64,000 nt of DNA from a virus. The stretch lies in the IMG/VR virus record IMGVR_UViG_3300045988_101799. One strand, given 5' to 3'. The notes under the pieces were generated by a model. That model was not told the origin of the DNA, ran no database searches, and worked only from the letters and a program-made list of their open reading frames with translations. The position numbers were made by a program, and so were the translations under genes. Shown here piece after piece: positions 1 to 9,020 of this stretch. Positions within the stretch are counted from its first letter, which is position 1; the number at the start of each line of letters is the position of its first letter.

Positions 1-24
1 AAAACAATAGAAAGAAATAAAACC

Positions 25-327
25 ATGAATGAAGACGAAAAGAAAACGGCAATCAATATTTTAGCCGCCCATATCCGGGAAACAGGCCCCTATCTTTTCC
101 AGTTGTCCGCACGCCATGATGAAGAGATAGGACTAATCGCCGCACTAGCAACGGAAACGGGAAGCAAGGCAAGCCTACTTGTCAGGTGCCGGGAATCCGG
201 GGTAATGTGGGCAATCAGCATTGCGGACTATCGCCCTCATGAAATGGTAGTCAGCCGTGCCTCTATTTCAGACCCACTATGCCTCGCACTGGAGGAAGCG
301 GGCGCAAGGATTGGGTATAACCGTTAA
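25..327 (+). CDS. hypothetical early protein
   Basis: Intact 100-aa ORF. AACAATAGAAAGAAATAAAACC immediately upstream of the ATG, the same motif seen before 837 and 1699. TAA stop. Confidence 0.5.
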   Translation: MNEDEKKTAINILAAHIRETGPYLFQLSARHDEEIGLIAALATETGSKASLLVRCRESGVMWAISIADYRPHEMVVSRASISDPLCLALEEAGARIGYNR

Positions 328-342
328 GTTCCCCCTGAAAAG

Positions 343-393
343 TTACGCCGCCCTACAAAAAGTATTTGACAAGATAATAAAATCCGATAAACT
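343..393 (+). promoter_or_regulatory. sigma70-like promoter: TTGACA 366-371, 16-bp spacer, TAAACT 388-393, with a conserved upstream ACGCCGCCCTACAAAAAG box
   Basis: The whole ~55-bp cassette is duplicated almost exactly at 1571-1622. It sits ~60 bp upstream of ORF 453. Confidence 0.5.
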
Positions 394-404
394 AAAATCA
401 GCAA

Positions 405-423
405 GCGGGAGACAAGCTCCCGC
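405..423 (+). promoter_or_regulatory. stem-loop immediately downstream of the promoter (GCGGGAG / CTCCCGC, 5-nt loop)
   Basis: Perfect 7-bp stem. The same arrangement follows the second promoter copy at 1635-1654. Confidence 0.45.
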
Positions 424-452
424 ATAACCTCAAACCTAAACAACACTATATC

Positions 453-782
453 ATGAACACTCAAATTGAACTGAAAGACAACGAAATCCCGGCATGGGCA
501 TTCTACGAAAACGGCGATGGCCTTCTGTCCCTTATCTTTTTCGCCAAGTCATCCTCGCATGCACGCCCCATTGCCGCCCTGCTTAACATATACCCGTGGG
601 ACGCCCTGCCCGCAATAGATGATTCTGACATTGTGCGCTTGTGGCAGGCGGTGAATGAAAGGGAGCTAGGGGCTTGGTGTACCTACGACCCGGTGGAAAT
701 TAACCAGTATCTGGAACAACGGTTCTGCCAACCAGTAGCTAAAGCTTCGCATGCTCAAATATTCCCGCTCCCCATTGAATAA
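453..782 (+). CDS. hypothetical early protein
   Basis: 109-aa ORF downstream of the promoter+hairpin cassette. Confidence 0.55.
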   Translation: MNTQIELKDNEIPAWAFYENGDGLLSLIFFAKSSSHARPIAALLNIYPWDALPAIDDSDIVRLWQAVNERELGAWCTYDPVEINQYLEQRFCQPVAKASHAQIFPLPIE

Positions 783-836
783 CTACGCCGCCCTATAAAA
801 TCAAACTAATAATAAACAATAGAAAGCAACCATATT

Positions 837-1367
837 ATGAAGACTACAACTAAACCGGAAGTGCTTAAAGTATCAGACTATGCCCTTATCCATGACATTC
901 CCACCTATGCCCTCAATTACTTGGCGTGTGGGGAAGATGAAAGCCTCGCCCCTGACGACATTGAAAACATTGAAGAGTGGGAAAAAGACTACTATCTTGC
1001 CTACCTCGTTGAAGGCCAGCAGGTTGCCCTTCATTCTGCCACCCCGGCTTTCGGTTCACCCTGCCCCTGCGTAAAATACTATGTCCTGCCTCGCTTTATG
1101 GGTGCCGTCCTATCATGGATAAATCCGGGTTGTCGGATGACTAACTGCTACCTTGAACTTAGGCTTACAGACGGCGGCCGGGTAAAGGTGTATCTGAAAG
1201 GAAATCAAACCCTGCGTAGTACTATCCGCAATCTGATAGCCTTGGTAGAAACGGGACATACTTTCACCGATATGAACGGGCACAATGTATCCCCCCGTCC
1301 CCGTGATATCGTTAATTTCTGGGTTCGCACGATGCACGGCCAAACACTGGCAACTGGAAGAATATAA
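837..1367 (+). CDS. hypothetical early protein
   Basis: 176-aa ORF. AACAATAGAAAGCAACC upstream, and an ACTACGCCGCCCTATAAAA box at 782-800. Confidence 0.55.
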   Translation: MKTTTKPEVLKVSDYALIHDIPTYALNYLACGEDESLAPDDIENIEEWEKDYYLAYLVEGQQVALHSATPAFGSPCPCVKYYVLPRFMGAVLSWINPGCRMTNCYLELRLTDGGRVKVYLKGNQTLRSTIRNLIALVETGHTFTDMNGHNVSPRPRDIVNFWVRTMHGQTLATGRI

Positions 1368-1397
1368 ACCACTTGCGGCTTGTTCCACATGGAACAT

Positions 1398-1536
1398 TTA
1401 AACCCCGGAATCCCCGGAACCCGTCAAATAACTCTAACCAAATAGAAAGAAAAAGTAGAAAGACAAAGGAATAATTCCCGCCCCCGGAATGCGGGGGATA
1501 TCGGGTGCAACGGGTTCCGGGGATTCCGGGGTTTAA
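1398..1536. repeat. perfect 26-bp inverted repeat (TTAAACCCCGGAATCCCCGGAACCCG at 1398-1423; its reverse complement at 1511-1536) around an 87-nt A-rich spacer with a nested GC hairpin (1481-1497)
   Basis: Reverse complement verified base by base. No long ORF inside; a 15-codon mini-ORF starts at 1489. Confidence 0.8.
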
Positions 1537-1570
1537 CAATAAACCAATCATAAATTACAGACCGTGAATA

Positions 1571-1622
1571 ACTACGCCGCTCTATAAAAAGTATTTGACA
1601 AGATAAGAAAATCTGCTAAACT
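1571..1622 (+). promoter_or_regulatory. second copy of the sigma70-like promoter (TTGACA 1595-1600, TAAACT 1617-1622)
   Basis: Near-identical to 343-393. Followed by the hairpin GCGGGG/CCCCGC at 1635-1654. Confidence 0.5.
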
Positions 1623-1698
1623 GAAATCATCCAGCGGGGGGGGACAAGCCCCGCAACAATAAACCAAACAACAATAAACTAATAGAAAGAATAAAACA

Positions 1699-2448
1699 AT
1701 GAATACTACAATCACAACCCTCACCAGTGCCGCCGCAATCAATGCCCTTACTGAACGGGCAAATGCCGCTATCGATGCCGCCGTAGACAAGGTACGTGAC
1801 GACCTCATGAAGAATAATCAGAATGACTATGTCATCCCGGTGAAAAACATGGGGCATAACCTGAAACAGGTTGTCCGAGATAATGCCGCCTATGGTCTGG
1901 CAACCTTTATCACCTTCCGCATGCTGATGCAAGTGGCCGAACGCCTTCGCCAGTTTGAAGGCAAGGTCTATAACGTCCGAGTAGAACGGATGATGGATGA
2001 CTGTCTGGCCGCCGCAATCGTACAAAGCGTTGATGCGGACATTAAAATCCGAGCCTATATAGATAGGAGTCACTACTCATGGCCGCAAGTGGTGTTTCAT
2101 CATATCCTCCCCTGCATGTTTGATTCCGTGAATATTTCCTTTAACTTTGACATCAATGAGCTGACGCAGGGGCAGAAGCGGATTGTCACCGGAAGGGACA
2201 TGGAGAAATTCATTGAAGGAATCCATAAGGATATGGTTCGCCTTGATACCAAGCTTCAAGGGATTGAGGATTCAAACTACCGCCTTTGCAATTCCGACTA
2301 CGTGTGCGCCTATTTTGCACAAGCCGTTAAAGTGGAAGAACAAGTGAAGAGCTTGAAGCAAGGCCTTGAAAACCTGACTGGTGCACAATACTATCGCTTC
2401 GACTATAACCACACAACCGTTTCCACCCTTCCCTCATACAGGGCATGA
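1699..2448 (+). CDS. hypothetical early protein
   Basis: 249-aa ORF. AACTAATAGAAAGAATAAAACA before the ATG. Confidence 0.55.
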   Translation: MNTTITTLTSAAAINALTERANAAIDAAVDKVRDDLMKNNQNDYVIPVKNMGHNLKQVVRDNAAYGLATFITFRMLMQVAERLRQFEGKVYNVRVERMMDDCLAAAIVQSVDADIKIRAYIDRSHYSWPQVVFHHILPCMFDSVNISFNFDINELTQGQKRIVTGRDMEKFIEGIHKDMVRLDTKLQGIEDSNYRLCNSDYVCAYFAQAVKVEEQVKSLKQGLENLTGAQYYRFDYNHTTVSTLPSYRA

Positions 2449-2477
2449 CTTAAACCCCGCCCCAGCTACCCTATTTA

Positions 2478-2489
2478 TTAGAACCCTCA
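2478..2489 (+). promoter_or_regulatory. TTAGAACCCTCA motif (phage-specific upstream element, copy 1 of 5)
   Basis: One of five TTAGAA(A)CC..CA copies. Sits upstream of ORF 2534; adjacent to CAAATAACTCTAACCAA, which also occurs at 1424-1441. Confidence 0.35.
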
Positions 2490-2533
2490 AATAACTCTAA
2501 CCAACCAATCAACAAACCAAACAATAAAATACC

Positions 2534-2848
2534 ATGAGAACCTACATTGAAAAATTAGGCAAGGAATACATTGAAGGCAGAAAAGAAAGTGGCAAGTCTC
2601 CCTTGCGGACCGGATTATACGGAGAGCGTTTGCGCTCTATGTCATGGCAGGGCAACCGACTTTTCTCCTATCAAACGCATGTTGCCACCATTGACCGTGC
2701 GGGAAAAGTCCTGTATGTTACAACCAAGAAATATTCACAAACCACTACCCGGCAAATGCGGGATAATGAATGGCTCGCAAGTTGCAACGGCTTTCATATC
2801 GTACCTACCGAACGCGTTGAAGATTATGCACATATCCTTGAAGGATAG
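2534..2848 (+). CDS. hypothetical early protein
   Basis: 104-aa ORF. Confidence 0.5.
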   Translation: MRTYIEKLGKEYIEGRKESGKSPLRTGLYGERLRSMSWQGNRLFSYQTHVATIDRAGKVLYVTTKKYSQTTTRQMRDNEWLASCNGFHIVPTERVEDYAHILEG

Positions 2849-2896
2849 TATCATACATATTAAAGTAAAAACCTGATAGAGTATTATCTTTTCCCT

Positions 2897-2908
2897 TAGA
2901 ACCGACAA
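2897..2908 (+). promoter_or_regulatory. TTAGAACCGACA motif (copy 2 of 5)
   Basis: 28 bp upstream of the ATG at 2925. Confidence 0.35.
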
Positions 2909-2924
2909 AGAACACTACAAAATT

Positions 2925-3530
2925 ATGACTGCATTTGATATTGATATTACAGGCAGGAAACGTGATGAACTTTCCCGCACGGAATGGCTTAAGCTCACAA
3001 ATCAAATCAATAAACTTCAACCTGCAATCTTTTCTTTTAAGGCTGGTGTAATATCCCATAGGATAGACAGGCCTTCCGAATGGGATGGAGAAGGAACGGT
3101 ATATGTTAAGCCGTACATGCGGCCCTACGCAATCGAACTGGAACGCACACACAATGGCGCGTGCATTGTCCGGCTCCACAAGTTGAAGTGGAATGGCACG
3201 GTGTGGAAACTTGCGGAGATGGCGGCTCTGACTGTGGGGGATGCTATAGAACTGGCAAAGCACTTTATTGCGGTGGTTAATCAGAACTGGCAGGAAGTGG
3301 GGTTGCGTATTGCGCAGGAAGCGAGGGCGGTGGACTTCATGGTTGATGGTAGCCTCACCTATATGCGCTTCCGATTCCTCACACCCGATAAGGAATCCAT
3401 GAATAAACTTAACTCCATAAAGGTTCGCAAGCTGGCAGAACGTTTCTTCCTCCCCTGCATGGTGAAGTTTACGAGCAACAAATGGCACGATGAATTGAAT
3501 CTGGAAACCGTGAAGCTCGTACTCCGTTGA
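2925..3530 (+). CDS. hypothetical early protein
   Basis: 201-aa ORF. Confidence 0.55.
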   Translation: MTAFDIDITGRKRDELSRTEWLKLTNQINKLQPAIFSFKAGVISHRIDRPSEWDGEGTVYVKPYMRPYAIELERTHNGACIVRLHKLKWNGTVWKLAEMAALTVGDAIELAKHFIAVVNQNWQEVGLRIAQEARAVDFMVDGSLTYMRFRFLTPDKESMNKLNSIKVRKLAERFFLPCMVKFTSNKWHDELNLETVKLVLR

Positions 3531-3535
3531 ACCCT

Positions 3536-3547
3536 TAGAAACCTCAC
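3536..3547 (+). promoter_or_regulatory. TTAGAAACCTCA motif (copy 3 of 5)
   Basis: 25 bp upstream of the ATG at 3561. Confidence 0.35.
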
Positions 3548-3560
3548 ATAGCTCTATAGT

Positions 3561-3914
3561 ATGACCTCCGAAAAAGAATCTAACGTCGTCATCCTCCGCA
3601 AGAACTGTCTCCACCACATCGGGCGAGCCGATAGGCTTCATGCCTTGTGGAGCATCGTGGAGCACCTCCATTCGGTAGTGGACATTGTTGCCCTCGTAAG
3701 TGCACTGGTTTGTTTAGGATACCTCCTTGCTACTGGTGAACTTCTCGTATCGTACCTTACATGGTGTGTTATCATCACGGGCTGGTTTGTCTTCCAGCTA
3801 CTGGTAGAGTGGGGCATTGACATTATACGCCGACGCCTAAAGCGGCACCAGCTGGAGGCAAATCGCCTCGCCCGTTGCCTTGAAGATATGGGATTTACTC
3901 GACCTATCTTCTAA
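3561..3914 (+). CDS. small membrane protein
   Basis: 117-aa ORF with two hydrophobic helices (IVALVSALVCLGYLLATG and VIITGWFVFQLLV) and a basic C-terminus. Confidence 0.5.
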   Translation: MTSEKESNVVILRKNCLHHIGRADRLHALWSIVEHLHSVVDIVALVSALVCLGYLLATGELLVSYLTWCVIITGWFVFQLLVEWGIDIIRRRLKRHQLEANRLARCLEDMGFTRPIF

Positions 3915-3926
3915 TTAGAAACCTCA
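3915..3926 (+). promoter_or_regulatory. TTAGAAACCTCA motif (copy 4 of 5)
   Basis: 31 bp upstream of the ATG at 3946. Confidence 0.35.
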
Positions 3927-3945
3927 AAGCACGCTAGAAATTATT

Positions 3946-4299
3946 ATGGAGAATTTTGACCTAATACTTAGCCAAGCAGAAACCGCAACTGGAAGGAAGC
4001 CGTACCCTGATAAGCCGAAAGAGCAGGACCTTCTTGCAATCAGCTTCAAAATATCTAGTCGGAAAAAGCGGATGTTACTCTGTCTTCAACAAACAATATC
4101 ATCAAAGACTGGTGAAAACATCTTCCCCATACGAACCTATAGGCTGCCCTATTCTATGGTTGTCAAGGATATATACATTTATCTGTGCGGGTACGACCCG
4201 GATAACGTGACCTTCGTAATTGCTCGTGACGGCATCTTCCTTTACCTTGAATCCAGTGAGGACGGGTACCCGACTATTCGCTGGAAACTGGATATTTAG
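3946..4299 (+). CDS. hypothetical protein
   Basis: 117-aa ORF following the motif. Confidence 0.4.
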   Translation: MENFDLILSQAETATGRKPYPDKPKEQDLLAISFKISSRKKRMLLCLQQTISSKTGENIFPIRTYRLPYSMVVKDIYIYLCGYDPDNVTFVIARDGIFLYLESSEDGYPTIRWKLDI

Positions 4300-4307
4300 A
4301 AACCATA
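4296..4307 (+). promoter_or_regulatory. TTAGAAACCATA motif (copy 5 of 5)
   Basis: 38 bp upstream of the ATG at 4334. Confidence 0.3.
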
Positions 4308-4333
4308 AATCGCTCTACAAAAACAAAACAGAT

Positions 4334-4909
4334 ATGAAACCTATCGCACTCGCTCAACAAATCATGCTCCTTCATTCTTGGGCACGGGATAATAATGGTC
4401 GTACCGGAAAACTTGGAAGCCCTATGGTTCTTCCTGCCCATGTCAAGGGAGAGTTCTATATTCCCCGGAACCCGGAGGATAATATTCTCCAATCTGAACA
4501 GACCAAATTCCAGATTGAATCCTTCGGTATTGGGGAGGTATTCACGTCAGGCATCTTCTTTGCGGTTAGGACACTCTACGACCCGAATGCCTATGAGGAT
4601 AGAACGGTGCGCATCATTCGTCTCAACTACCATAAGGTGAAGCGCGGAGAAAACCATGATTATGCCACCCTATTTTCCTACCATAATTTTTACGCCGTTA
4701 GGTATAGCAAAACCCTTTACGACGCTATGTTTAAGGCTCGTCCATCTCTTGCCCGCTCCGTTAAATTGGGTTGTATATTTCCTACGGAGCCGGGTGCGGA
4801 GATTCTGTCCATGACGCCTGACCACATGGTGCTTAACATGAGCACGCTATCTAAGGATGAAATCCTCTCGCTCCACAAAGATTCCTTCCAATGCAATCTA
4901 AGAGTTTAA
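4334..4909 (+). CDS. hypothetical protein
   Basis: Frame of track ORF 4220..4909. The start at 4334 (MKPIALAQQ) is chosen because it follows the upstream motif and avoids overlap with 3946..4299. Confidence 0.5.
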   Translation: MKPIALAQQIMLLHSWARDNNGRTGKLGSPMVLPAHVKGEFYIPRNPEDNILQSEQTKFQIESFGIGEVFTSGIFFAVRTLYDPNAYEDRTVRIIRLNYHKVKRGENHDYATLFSYHNFYAVRYSKTLYDAMFKARPSLARSVKLGCIFPTEPGAEILSMTPDHMVLNMSTLSKDEILSLHKDSFQCNLRV

Positions 4910-5023
4910 CCCAACAATTTCTTGCACTCCTTCGGGTTTCCCGTTTAACTCGGAAGATAATGCAGGAACAAAAAGAACAATACGAACGAAATCCAAAAAG
5001 TTATAACCACTACTATCAAGAAT

Positions 5024-5560
5024 ATGTTAGAACCCAAAGAATTAGAAAAATTTATCGATGAGGACATTAACCCCGGTGACTACATTGTCAGAGAACTGGG
5101 TGGAGAGTATTACGTGGGGAGGGTAGTCGAGCTTTCCCCGAACTTCTACAGATACAAAGTCTTAAATGCTTTCCCTCTGGGTGAGGGGGTTGTCCGTCAT
5201 GAAGAAGCAATCAAATGTTACCCTACACCTCTTCGGAAGTTTAAGGAGGGGGACGAGGTAATTTGTAGGGAACATATAGGTAAATGGACTGTAATGGAGG
5301 ACGAGAAGGATTCCGTTCTTGTCGGTATTAAGGATAAACGTACAGGAACTATCAAAGCAGTAACCCCTGCCTCCCTTCTTCTCATCAGGCCAATCGACCT
5401 GCATTATCGGTTCAGAGTTATCGACGGAGCTATTTGGGACTTCAAGAAGAATCGGTCCTTACGTGTCAACCCTTCATGTGAGGGAACAACCGAAATGGAA
5501 CGCCTCTGCAATCTTCTGAATGAATTAGACAGAAACGAAGAAACTTCTCTTGACAAGTAA
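5024..5560 (+). CDS. hypothetical protein with a KFKEGDEV Tudor/SH3-like motif
   Basis: 178-aa ORF. Contains RKFKEGDEVICREHIGKW, similar to motifs in ORFs 28153, 28595 and 36682. Confidence 0.5.
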   Translation: MLEPKELEKFIDEDINPGDYIVRELGGEYYVGRVVELSPNFYRYKVLNAFPLGEGVVRHEEAIKCYPTPLRKFKEGDEVICREHIGKWTVMEDEKDSVLVGIKDKRTGTIKAVTPASLLLIRPIDLHYRFRVIDGAIWDFKKNRSLRVNPSCEGTTEMERLCNLLNELDRNEETSLDK

Positions 5561-5586
5561 TAAAACCCAGATACTATTATCCGTAC

Positions 5587-6186
5587 ATGAACACCACAGA
5601 ACCAAACGAATTGAGCCTCGATAATATTCAGGAAGAGGTAGCCCGCATTCTCACCGAACCGAAGTCTATCATGTTGAAGGAAAGACTGCAACGGGAGTGG
5701 GATGCAGTCCCCGCATTCAACCTGCCCATCGACGCGCCTGCGGATGCGGTTGCCGAGAAAGCTCTTGAACTGGGAGACTACGCCGCCAACATCTTTGATA
5801 TTGAACCCCCGCCGCTGGCGGGAGTTCAGTTCATCATGGCAGAAGTCGCCGAGAACCTCGTCACTGTAAAGGAATACATTGCCTTCATGCAGGAGCTTGA
5901 GAACCCCGGCAAGGCGTGTAATGTCTTTACAGATTCCCACGTCATGATTAAGGCACTCGTCCTCTTCATGGCCATTCACCTCTTGATAGCGTATGCCAGT
6001 CAGAACGACCCGGACCGCATTGATGAAGAGAAGGGAGGCATCTCCGCATTCCGTCTCTTCTCCGTGGCGAGCAATGTAATTTCCATGAACCTGATGGAAC
6101 AGTCTACTCTTACCTTCGTAGATAAGTCGGAGCTTGCCGAGAAGGAAGCCAACGCTCGTAAAATTATTCTGCCTCATGAAGCATAA
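5587..6186 (+). CDS. hypothetical protein
   Basis: 199-aa ORF. Confidence 0.55.
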   Translation: MNTTEPNELSLDNIQEEVARILTEPKSIMLKERLQREWDAVPAFNLPIDAPADAVAEKALELGDYAANIFDIEPPPLAGVQFIMAEVAENLVTVKEYIAFMQELENPGKACNVFTDSHVMIKALVLFMAIHLLIAYASQNDPDRIDEEKGGISAFRLFSVASNVISMNLMEQSTLTFVDKSELAEKEANARKIILPHEA

Positions 6187-6493
6187 ACCACACTATAAAC
6201 TGGCAGGGACAGTCATCGCGGCTATTATTTGCCTCGTTATTGTAACCATTTTATTTTCATGTAGACCACCAGAAAGCCCACCACCCAACGAAGAATATGA
6301 ACAATTTGTTATTTTTGTAGGAGACCGTGCTGTGTTTAGCAGGAAGGGAGTATTAGCCAAAGACGTTATCACGCCGCTCTCTGTGCCGAATGGACAGATG
6401 AGGGTGCATGTAATCGGGCGGGATGCGGAGAACAAACCCATCAACGTATTTGTGGAAGGAACTAACGTATCTGTATTAAAGCAATGGAAATGA
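6176..6493 (+). CDS. putative small lipoprotein
   Basis: Start placed at the ATG at 6176 (MKHKPHYKLAGTVIAAIICLVIVTILFSC). Hydrophobic signal ending in the lipobox-like ILFSC, followed by a Pro-rich segment. Confidence 0.45.
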   Translation: MKHKPHYKLAGTVIAAIICLVIVTILFSCRPPESPPPNEEYEQFVIFVGDRAVFSRKGVLAKDVITPLSVPNGQMRVHVIGRDAENKPINVFVEGTNVSVLKQWK

Positions 6494-6735
6494 CTAGCGA
6501 ACAGAAGAAATATCGTAAACTTGTACGGAAAATTATTCGGACAATCTGTAAGAACTTAGTGAAGAAAGCTAGCGAGTATAACAAGGTTCCCTTAAGGATG
6601 GAGTATGTTACCTTATTGGAGTTTGTACTTATGCCGCCTTCAGATTGTCACGAGATAGTAGAGAAAGAACTTGACAATCTCATTAGCGAAGGTATTATTC
6701 CAGTCAGAAAGGAAGACGACAATGGAGATAGGTAA
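6484..6735 (+). CDS. hypothetical basic protein
   Basis: 83-aa ORF with a Lys/Arg-rich N-terminus. Confidence 0.4.
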   Translation: MEMTSEQKKYRKLVRKIIRTICKNLVKKASEYNKVPLRMEYVTLLEFVLMPPSDCHEIVEKELDNLISEGIIPVRKEDDNGDR

Positions 6736-6745
6736 TCCTAAAAAC

Positions 6746-8716
6746 ATGAGCGTGATGGAGTTGGAAGAAGTGATTGCTATCTTCAATAGCTCCTACTACA
6801 AAGAGGGGAAAACCCTCCTCCCTGACACGGTTTACGATACTCTGGTTGAAGAACTGCGTTCCCGTTCCCCGGAATCCAAGGAACTCGATAGTCTTGGGGA
6901 CGACGTACAACGGGGAGCCAAGACCTTCCGGCATCCTAATCCCGTGCTCTCCCTTGCCAAGATTCATGAGGGCAAGGACGGAATTGGTATGGACCAGCTT
7001 CGCGGCTGGATTGCCGGACGTGACGTCGTGGTTGAACCAAAGTATGATGGCCTCACCCTCGTTCTGTACATTGAAAAGGGACGGCTCGTCAAGGCCGTTA
7101 CCCGTGGCAACGGAACCGAGGGGGAAGTAATCCCCCTTGATAAGGTTCTCTATATGGCCCCGCCAAGTTATGGGAACTATACGGGAGCTATCCGTGGGGA
7201 AGTGGTTGTGGCTAAGAGCAACGAAGGGCAGGTGGAAAGCATGGGGTACTCCAACCTCCGCGCCTGTGCCGTTGGTCAACTCCGCAACAATAAGCTCAAG
7301 TGGTCTGACTGGCTCATTACCTTCATCCCGTTCGATGCAAGTCCCTTCCCGGAGGGTGTTGAATCCCGCATGGAACTGCGTGGATGGCTGATGGAAATGT
7401 TTGACCTCGTAACTCTCCCCAACGTCTGGCCGGAAGGCGAAGCCCTGACGGATGAATATATCCGTGGCATGGTTCAGTACCTGCGGGAAGACAATGCCTA
7501 TCCCACTGATGGTATTGTGTTTAAGTTGAACCAGAAGAATGCTATAATCCATGCGGGAGAGGCTACCGCCCATCACCCGAAGGATGCCGTTGCCTTTAAG
7601 TTCAACCCGCAGGGCGTAGAGACTACCCTTCGCGATGTCATTTGGCAAGTAGGACGGACGGGGGTATTAACCCCGGTTGCTGTCTTCGATACGGTGAAGA
7701 TTGGTGGAACCAATGTATCCCGTGCCACCCTCTCCAACGTGGCTAACGCGGCATCCTTCCACATTGGCGATACCGTGGAGGTGATTAAGGCAGGGGAGAT
7801 TATTCCGTACATCCGCAAGGTTCGCGGCTGTGACAATACGGTTTCCGTTGTCCCTCTGACCTGCCCCTGTTGCGGCTCCACGTTATCCTCTAGTGACCTC
7901 AACATCTTCTGTACCAATCCGTTGTGCAGGGATAAGGTAGCGGCCAAGCTGGAATACGCATGCGGTAAGAACGCACTAGACATTGATGGCATGGGACTTG
8001 TATTCTCACGTATGATTGCAGACAAACTGCTCGCCGGGGAGAATGATGTAGAGCCTCCGACCGCAGAAACTGCTTACCTCCACCACCCGTTCCTGCTTCT
8101 CATGTCCGGCACGATGGACAATCTCATCAATGGAATCCCCGGAACCCAAGGGTACAGAGGATTCCTTGAAATCGTGGAGGAACGGAAGCACCATGCAACC
8201 CTTGCTCAATGGATTACTGCAATGGAGATTCCCCATGTCGGTTGCACTCGTGCGGAAAGTCTCTCCTATGCTTACCCCAATCTCTACGCTTTCCTCACTC
8301 TCTTCCCCGAAGATTTAAGGAACAAGCGTCATGCGGAGTTCGGCCCTCTGATGACCGAGGCAATTCTGAATTACATGGAGACCGTGCCAACGTGGAACGA
8401 GATGACGGCAATGGTTATGACAGGAGATATCCCCAATGCCGAGGGCAATGTTCCCAAGAGCACCGCGTTGCGGGGAGTAAACTTCGTCATCACGGGAACC
8501 CTGTCCCAGCCTCGCCATGTATATAACCTACTTGTTCAGGACATGGGAGGCACGGTCAAGGAGAACGTGTCGAGGAAGACCAACTACCTAGTCGTCGGTA
8601 AGGAACCGGGGGAGCACAAGCAAAAGATTGCGAGGCTCCACAAGATTCCTTCAATTACAGAAGAAGAATTCATGCAAATGATTAACCCTTCAATTACGAA
8701 TGAAGAAAATTCCTAA
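6746..8716 (+). CDS. ligA: NAD-dependent DNA ligase (LigA family)
   Basis: KxDG adenylation motif (EPKYDGLT); a LigA-type N-terminal Ia region (YY...DTVYDTLVEEL); a Cys4 zinc finger (CPCCGS...CTNPLC); a C-terminal BRCT-like segment (NFVITGTLSQPRH...YLVVG). Start chosen at ATG 6746, after the stop of the previous ORF at 6733-6735. Confidence 0.9.
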   Translation: MSVMELEEVIAIFNSSYYKEGKTLLPDTVYDTLVEELRSRSPESKELDSLGDDVQRGAKTFRHPNPVLSLAKIHEGKDGIGMDQLRGWIAGRDVVVEPKYDGLTLVLYIEKGRLVKAVTRGNGTEGEVIPLDKVLYMAPPSYGNYTGAIRGEVVVAKSNEGQVESMGYSNLRACAVGQLRNNKLKWSDWLITFIPFDASPFPEGVESRMELRGWLMEMFDLVTLPNVWPEGEALTDEYIRGMVQYLREDNAYPTDGIVFKLNQKNAIIHAGEATAHHPKDAVAFKFNPQGVETTLRDVIWQVGRTGVLTPVAVFDTVKIGGTNVSRATLSNVANAASFHIGDTVEVIKAGEIIPYIRKVRGCDNTVSVVPLTCPCCGSTLSSSDLNIFCTNPLCRDKVAAKLEYACGKNALDIDGMGLVFSRMIADKLLAGENDVEPPTAETAYLHHPFLLLMSGTMDNLINGIPGTQGYRGFLEIVEERKHHATLAQWITAMEIPHVGCTRAESLSYAYPNLYAFLTLFPEDLRNKRHAEFGPLMTEAILNYMETVPTWNEMTAMVMTGDIPNAEGNVPKSTALRGVNFVITGTLSQPRHVYNLLVQDMGGTVKENVSRKTNYLVVGKEPGEHKQKIARLHKIPSITEEEFMQMINPSITNEENS

Positions 8717-9020
8717 CGAATTTACACGCAACCCCTTCGTATGTCGGCTCATCTTTCGTGAAGCTGGCGTTGCCATCTATGAGCTAACCCATAAAGGAAG
8801 CGGGAAGGTAAACAATTATGAGGTTGTCATCATCCGTCAGCACAAAGCGGACAATGATTTCATCAAGGTTAAAGCCGGAGATGAATACCTCCCCAGCACC
8901 AGTGAGTGGGGCCAGTATGGATGGACATTCCCCACTCTTGAACTCGCAAACTACAAAGCCAAACATATCATTCATGAACGTTCTATGGATAAATCAGGAA
9001 GTCACACTTCCGCTAACTAA
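8700..9020 (+). CDS. hypothetical protein
   Basis: 106-aa ORF whose ATG overlaps the ligase stop codon. Confidence 0.45.
   Translation: MKKIPNEFTRNPFVCRLIFREAGVAIYELTHKGSGKVNNYEVVIIRQHKADNDFIKVKAGDEYLPSTSEWGQYGWTFPTLELANYKAKHIIHERSMDKSGSHTSAN

Noticed and set aside
6704-8526. Minus-strand ORFs (6704..7648, 7573..8025, 8006..8236, 8315..8518) and small plus-strand ORFs overlapping the ligase gene.
   Set aside because: They are antisense to, or out of frame with, a ligase that has all of its motifs. They are spurious.
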